From contig CBFFRP010000379.1 of assembly GCA_965644295.1 (NCBI GenBank), forward strand, positions 99,585-163,584: DNA of 64,000 bases, read 5' to 3'. This document shows positions 61,474-64,000 of this stretch, in pieces (position 1 is the first letter of the stretch; the number at the start of each line of letters is the position of its first letter). The translations under genes and the position numbers were made by a program. The notes below the pieces were generated by a model. That model ran no database searches and was not told where the DNA came from. It saw only the letters and a list, made by a program, of their open reading frames with translations. The stretch comes from Paraphysomonas bandaiensis. Taxonomy: Eukaryota; Protista; Chrysophyceae.

Positions 61474-61812
61474 ATATCCAATTATTTATACTATAAACGA
61501 ACAGGCGATGACAGAAAATGAGTTCAACCGAATTGCAATGTGAATTCTGAAAGGCGCAGTATTATTTCATCCGACTCAGATGAGGTGAACTACATGGATG
61601 AACTTGAACTATCAGGTCAGACCAGGCGCTTAGATGAAGTTATAGATTTATAATATGTTAGCCACTACTAGCGATTCTTTTAAAAGACAGAGGAATAGAG
61701 TGCACGTATTAAAGCAATATGCGAAGTGGACCAGGTTTTCACATTCCAGGATGGCAACCAGTGCTCGAAACTATTGCTGAAAATATAAGTGATTCTCCAC
61801 TGAGAGGAGTTA

Positions 61813-62588
61813 ATGAATAGAAAAATATATGATTGTAATAATATAGATGAGCGATAAACTATGTATCTTTTTAAATAGTAAGAGTGCAAAAATAGATATA
61901 TATCAGGTAATACATCAGATTGTATATTTCATTTACCTGTTATCAACATACCAAAACATAGGAAGATATTTTGTTCGGTTCAAACGGCGATGATACCTTA
62001 TTCATTTTATAACATTAGTTCAATTAATAACACTTTAAAATATACAGTCAATGGTGGTGGAGTACAAACATTAGCTCATTACAGAAGGAAATTATAACGT
62101 TATTAATTACCTTGATAACAGCAATCACAACTGGCATACCCGCTTTAACAATCACATATAACAGCAAAACAAACAAATTAACCTCTTCACATAGTACATG
62201 TGATTTTACATTTGAATCAAATAGTACTTGTTTTGAAGTTCTTGGTTTTACAGATGATACAACATACTCGTCAACGTCACAAGTGCTTACAAGTACCATA
62301 TCAATTAATTTATTCACAATTAGAAATGTTTATGTTACATCTGATAACTTTCAAATCAATAATATTAACAATTCAACACCTAATAAAAGTAATACCTTAT
62401 GCAGTATTCCTGTAGATTCTTCCCATCACAGTATGATCAGTTACTCTAATATATACAATGTTCGTAATATGATCTATAATGTTCATAATTTAACAAATTT
62501 ACATGTTAAACTCACGGATCAAGATGATGATGTGCTTGATCTGAATGGAGTTCATTGGTCTTTAACTCTAGAGCTTGATATAGAATAA
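61813..62588 (+). CDS. Minor capsid (penton) protein, frameshifted
   Basis: FLNSK, TSDCIF, AMIPYSFYNI, beta-rich middle, C-terminal LTDQDDDVLDLNGVHWSLTLELD; lies between ATPase and MCP. Confidence 0.72.
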
Positions 62589-62612
62589 TTAAAATATAGT
62601 GTATATATATAC

Positions 62613-63060
62613 ATGAAACTAGGTAAGAAGTTTGATCGAGGTGTTCGAAAGCTTGGTCACAAAATAGATAAGAAGGCTCATCAATTAGGGCATAAATCTC
62701 ACGACGTACTTCAAAAAGCACAAAAGATCAACCGTAAAGCGGTTAATACTGGATCAAAAGTTTTACACAACGTTAGAAAGGGGGGTTAGATATAGCCGAC
62801 GCTGTTTTAGGTACAGCGGTAGATGCTGGCGCTGGAAATGTCCCTGCACTTGGAGATGGTGTAGCTTTAGCAAGTAAAAGGATTGCATGGTGCTAGAGAA
62901 AGGGCTTGATAAAGGAGATAAGGCCTTACACAAATATAAAGAACGCAAGTAACAAAGCTCTTAAACATGCCAACAAACATGCTAATGATCTCGAAAAGTT
63001 CAATGTGCGCAAAAAGTACCGCACAAGCAACCGCAGATGAAAGATGGATCTCGCATAAAC
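62613..63060 (+). CDS. Small basic amphipathic virion-associated protein, frameshifted
   Basis: MKLGKKFDRGVRKLGHKIDKKAHQLGHKSHDVLQKAQK; located between mCP and MCP. Confidence 0.45.
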
Positions 63061-63128
63061 AATATATAAAACGCATTTATTTTGAAATTATATAGATATT
63101 TATTTTATCCATATAATATTGTTACTCA

Positions 63129-64000
63129 TGATACCTAAAAACCTATTATACACTAACAAGCGATCAAGTGCCTATTGTCGTAACTTTTCCACTCACATAC
63201 AACCATTGAATGGCGTTGGAAACTACTTAGATGGGCAGACTATCAATCATTAATATCCCCACAGCTCAGAATCTCGTCATGGCAGGGTCTGAATCACTCT
63301 TAAAATTTGACTTTGACAGTAACTAATGGAGCAGGAGCAAATGCCTTATGCCCGTTTAGATAGAGCTGGAGCTCACGGTTGCATTCAAAGGCTTAGACTT
63401 TATCATGGTTCTCAATTACTTGAAGACATTGATAATTACGGTAATCTTGTAGGCATGCTTATGTCATTACAACAATCTGGAGATTCTGCTAAAGGTAAGT
63501 TAAACATTATGGCTGGGTTAACGAGAGATTCCTTTTGTGATGTGACTGATTCAACAGTAGCAGATGCAGGTACTCTATTAACAAAAATTCAAGGGGCAAC
63601 CAACCAAGTTTTTACTATTAACTCAGGTGAAAGACTTATTGATGATGGACAAACAACACAGTTTGCAGATATCGCCGCCGCGGGAGATACTCTTACTAGA
63701 ACTTACACCATTAACCTTTTATCTATTATTGGTTCTCTTTCTGATAAATACATTCCTCTCTTTGCAATGACAAGCGCACCTCTTAGACTTGAACTTCAAC
63801 TAGTTTCTAGCCCAGCGAAATTCATTTGTTCTGAACTTGCATTGTCCTCTTTTAAAGTAAATAACTGTGAATTTATTGCTCAATTTATGGAGCTGGAAGT
63901 GAAGCAATGAATATAATCAATAATTCCGCACCTTGGTGGAAGACTTGAGTGGGTGGTTCCTGCATGGAGGAACTACGTGTACAATGCCACTTTAAATAAT
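63129..64000 (+). CDS. Double jelly-roll major capsid protein of PLV type, frameshifted, runs off the window
   Basis: MIPKNLLY...IQPLNG...INIPT...ESLLKF, then RLDRAGAHGCIQRLRLYHGSQLLEDIDNY, KYIPLFAM, LRLELQL. Confidence 0.8.

Larger units (their letters stand above)
52160..64000. mobile_element. Endogenous Polinton-like virus (integrated dsDNA virus); left boundary approximate, continues past the window end
   Basis: Abrupt switch to dense, intronless, very AT-rich ORFs encoding SF3 helicase, PolB, rve integrase, A32-like ATPase, minor and major capsid. Confidence 0.9.

Overview
Eukaryotic (intron-containing, AT-rich, probably stramenopile-like protist; lineage is inference) genomic DNA. Host genes: cullin, eIF5, a DEAH/RHA RNA helicase, V-ATPase subunit G, a formin with five CCDC53-like repeats, a six-repeat MYB and several hypothetical genes. 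They are interspersed with decayed Copia, hAT, PIF/Harbinger-like and pogo-like elements. Four things stand out. (1) The 10 x 150-bp tandem repeat in eIF5 intron 1 reads as an array of box C/D guide RNAs whose D-box guide predicts 2'-O-methylation of U2 snRNA C40. (2) A ~6-kb near-perfect palindrome (38.3-44.3 kb) carries two head-to-head intronless dynamin-like GTPase/U-box E3 ligase genes that differ by clustered amino-acid changes, a candidate immune locus. (3) From ~52.2 kb to the window end lies an endogenous Polinton-like virus (SF3 helicase, minimal family-B polymerase, rve integrase plus chromodomain, packaging ATPase, minor and major capsid) with a shared upstream motif on its non-structural genes. 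(4) A tandem pair of ~200-nt hairpins at 25.2-25.7 kb was formed by inverted duplication of an ORF remnant. All protein assignments are by motif recognition only; no database searches were run.
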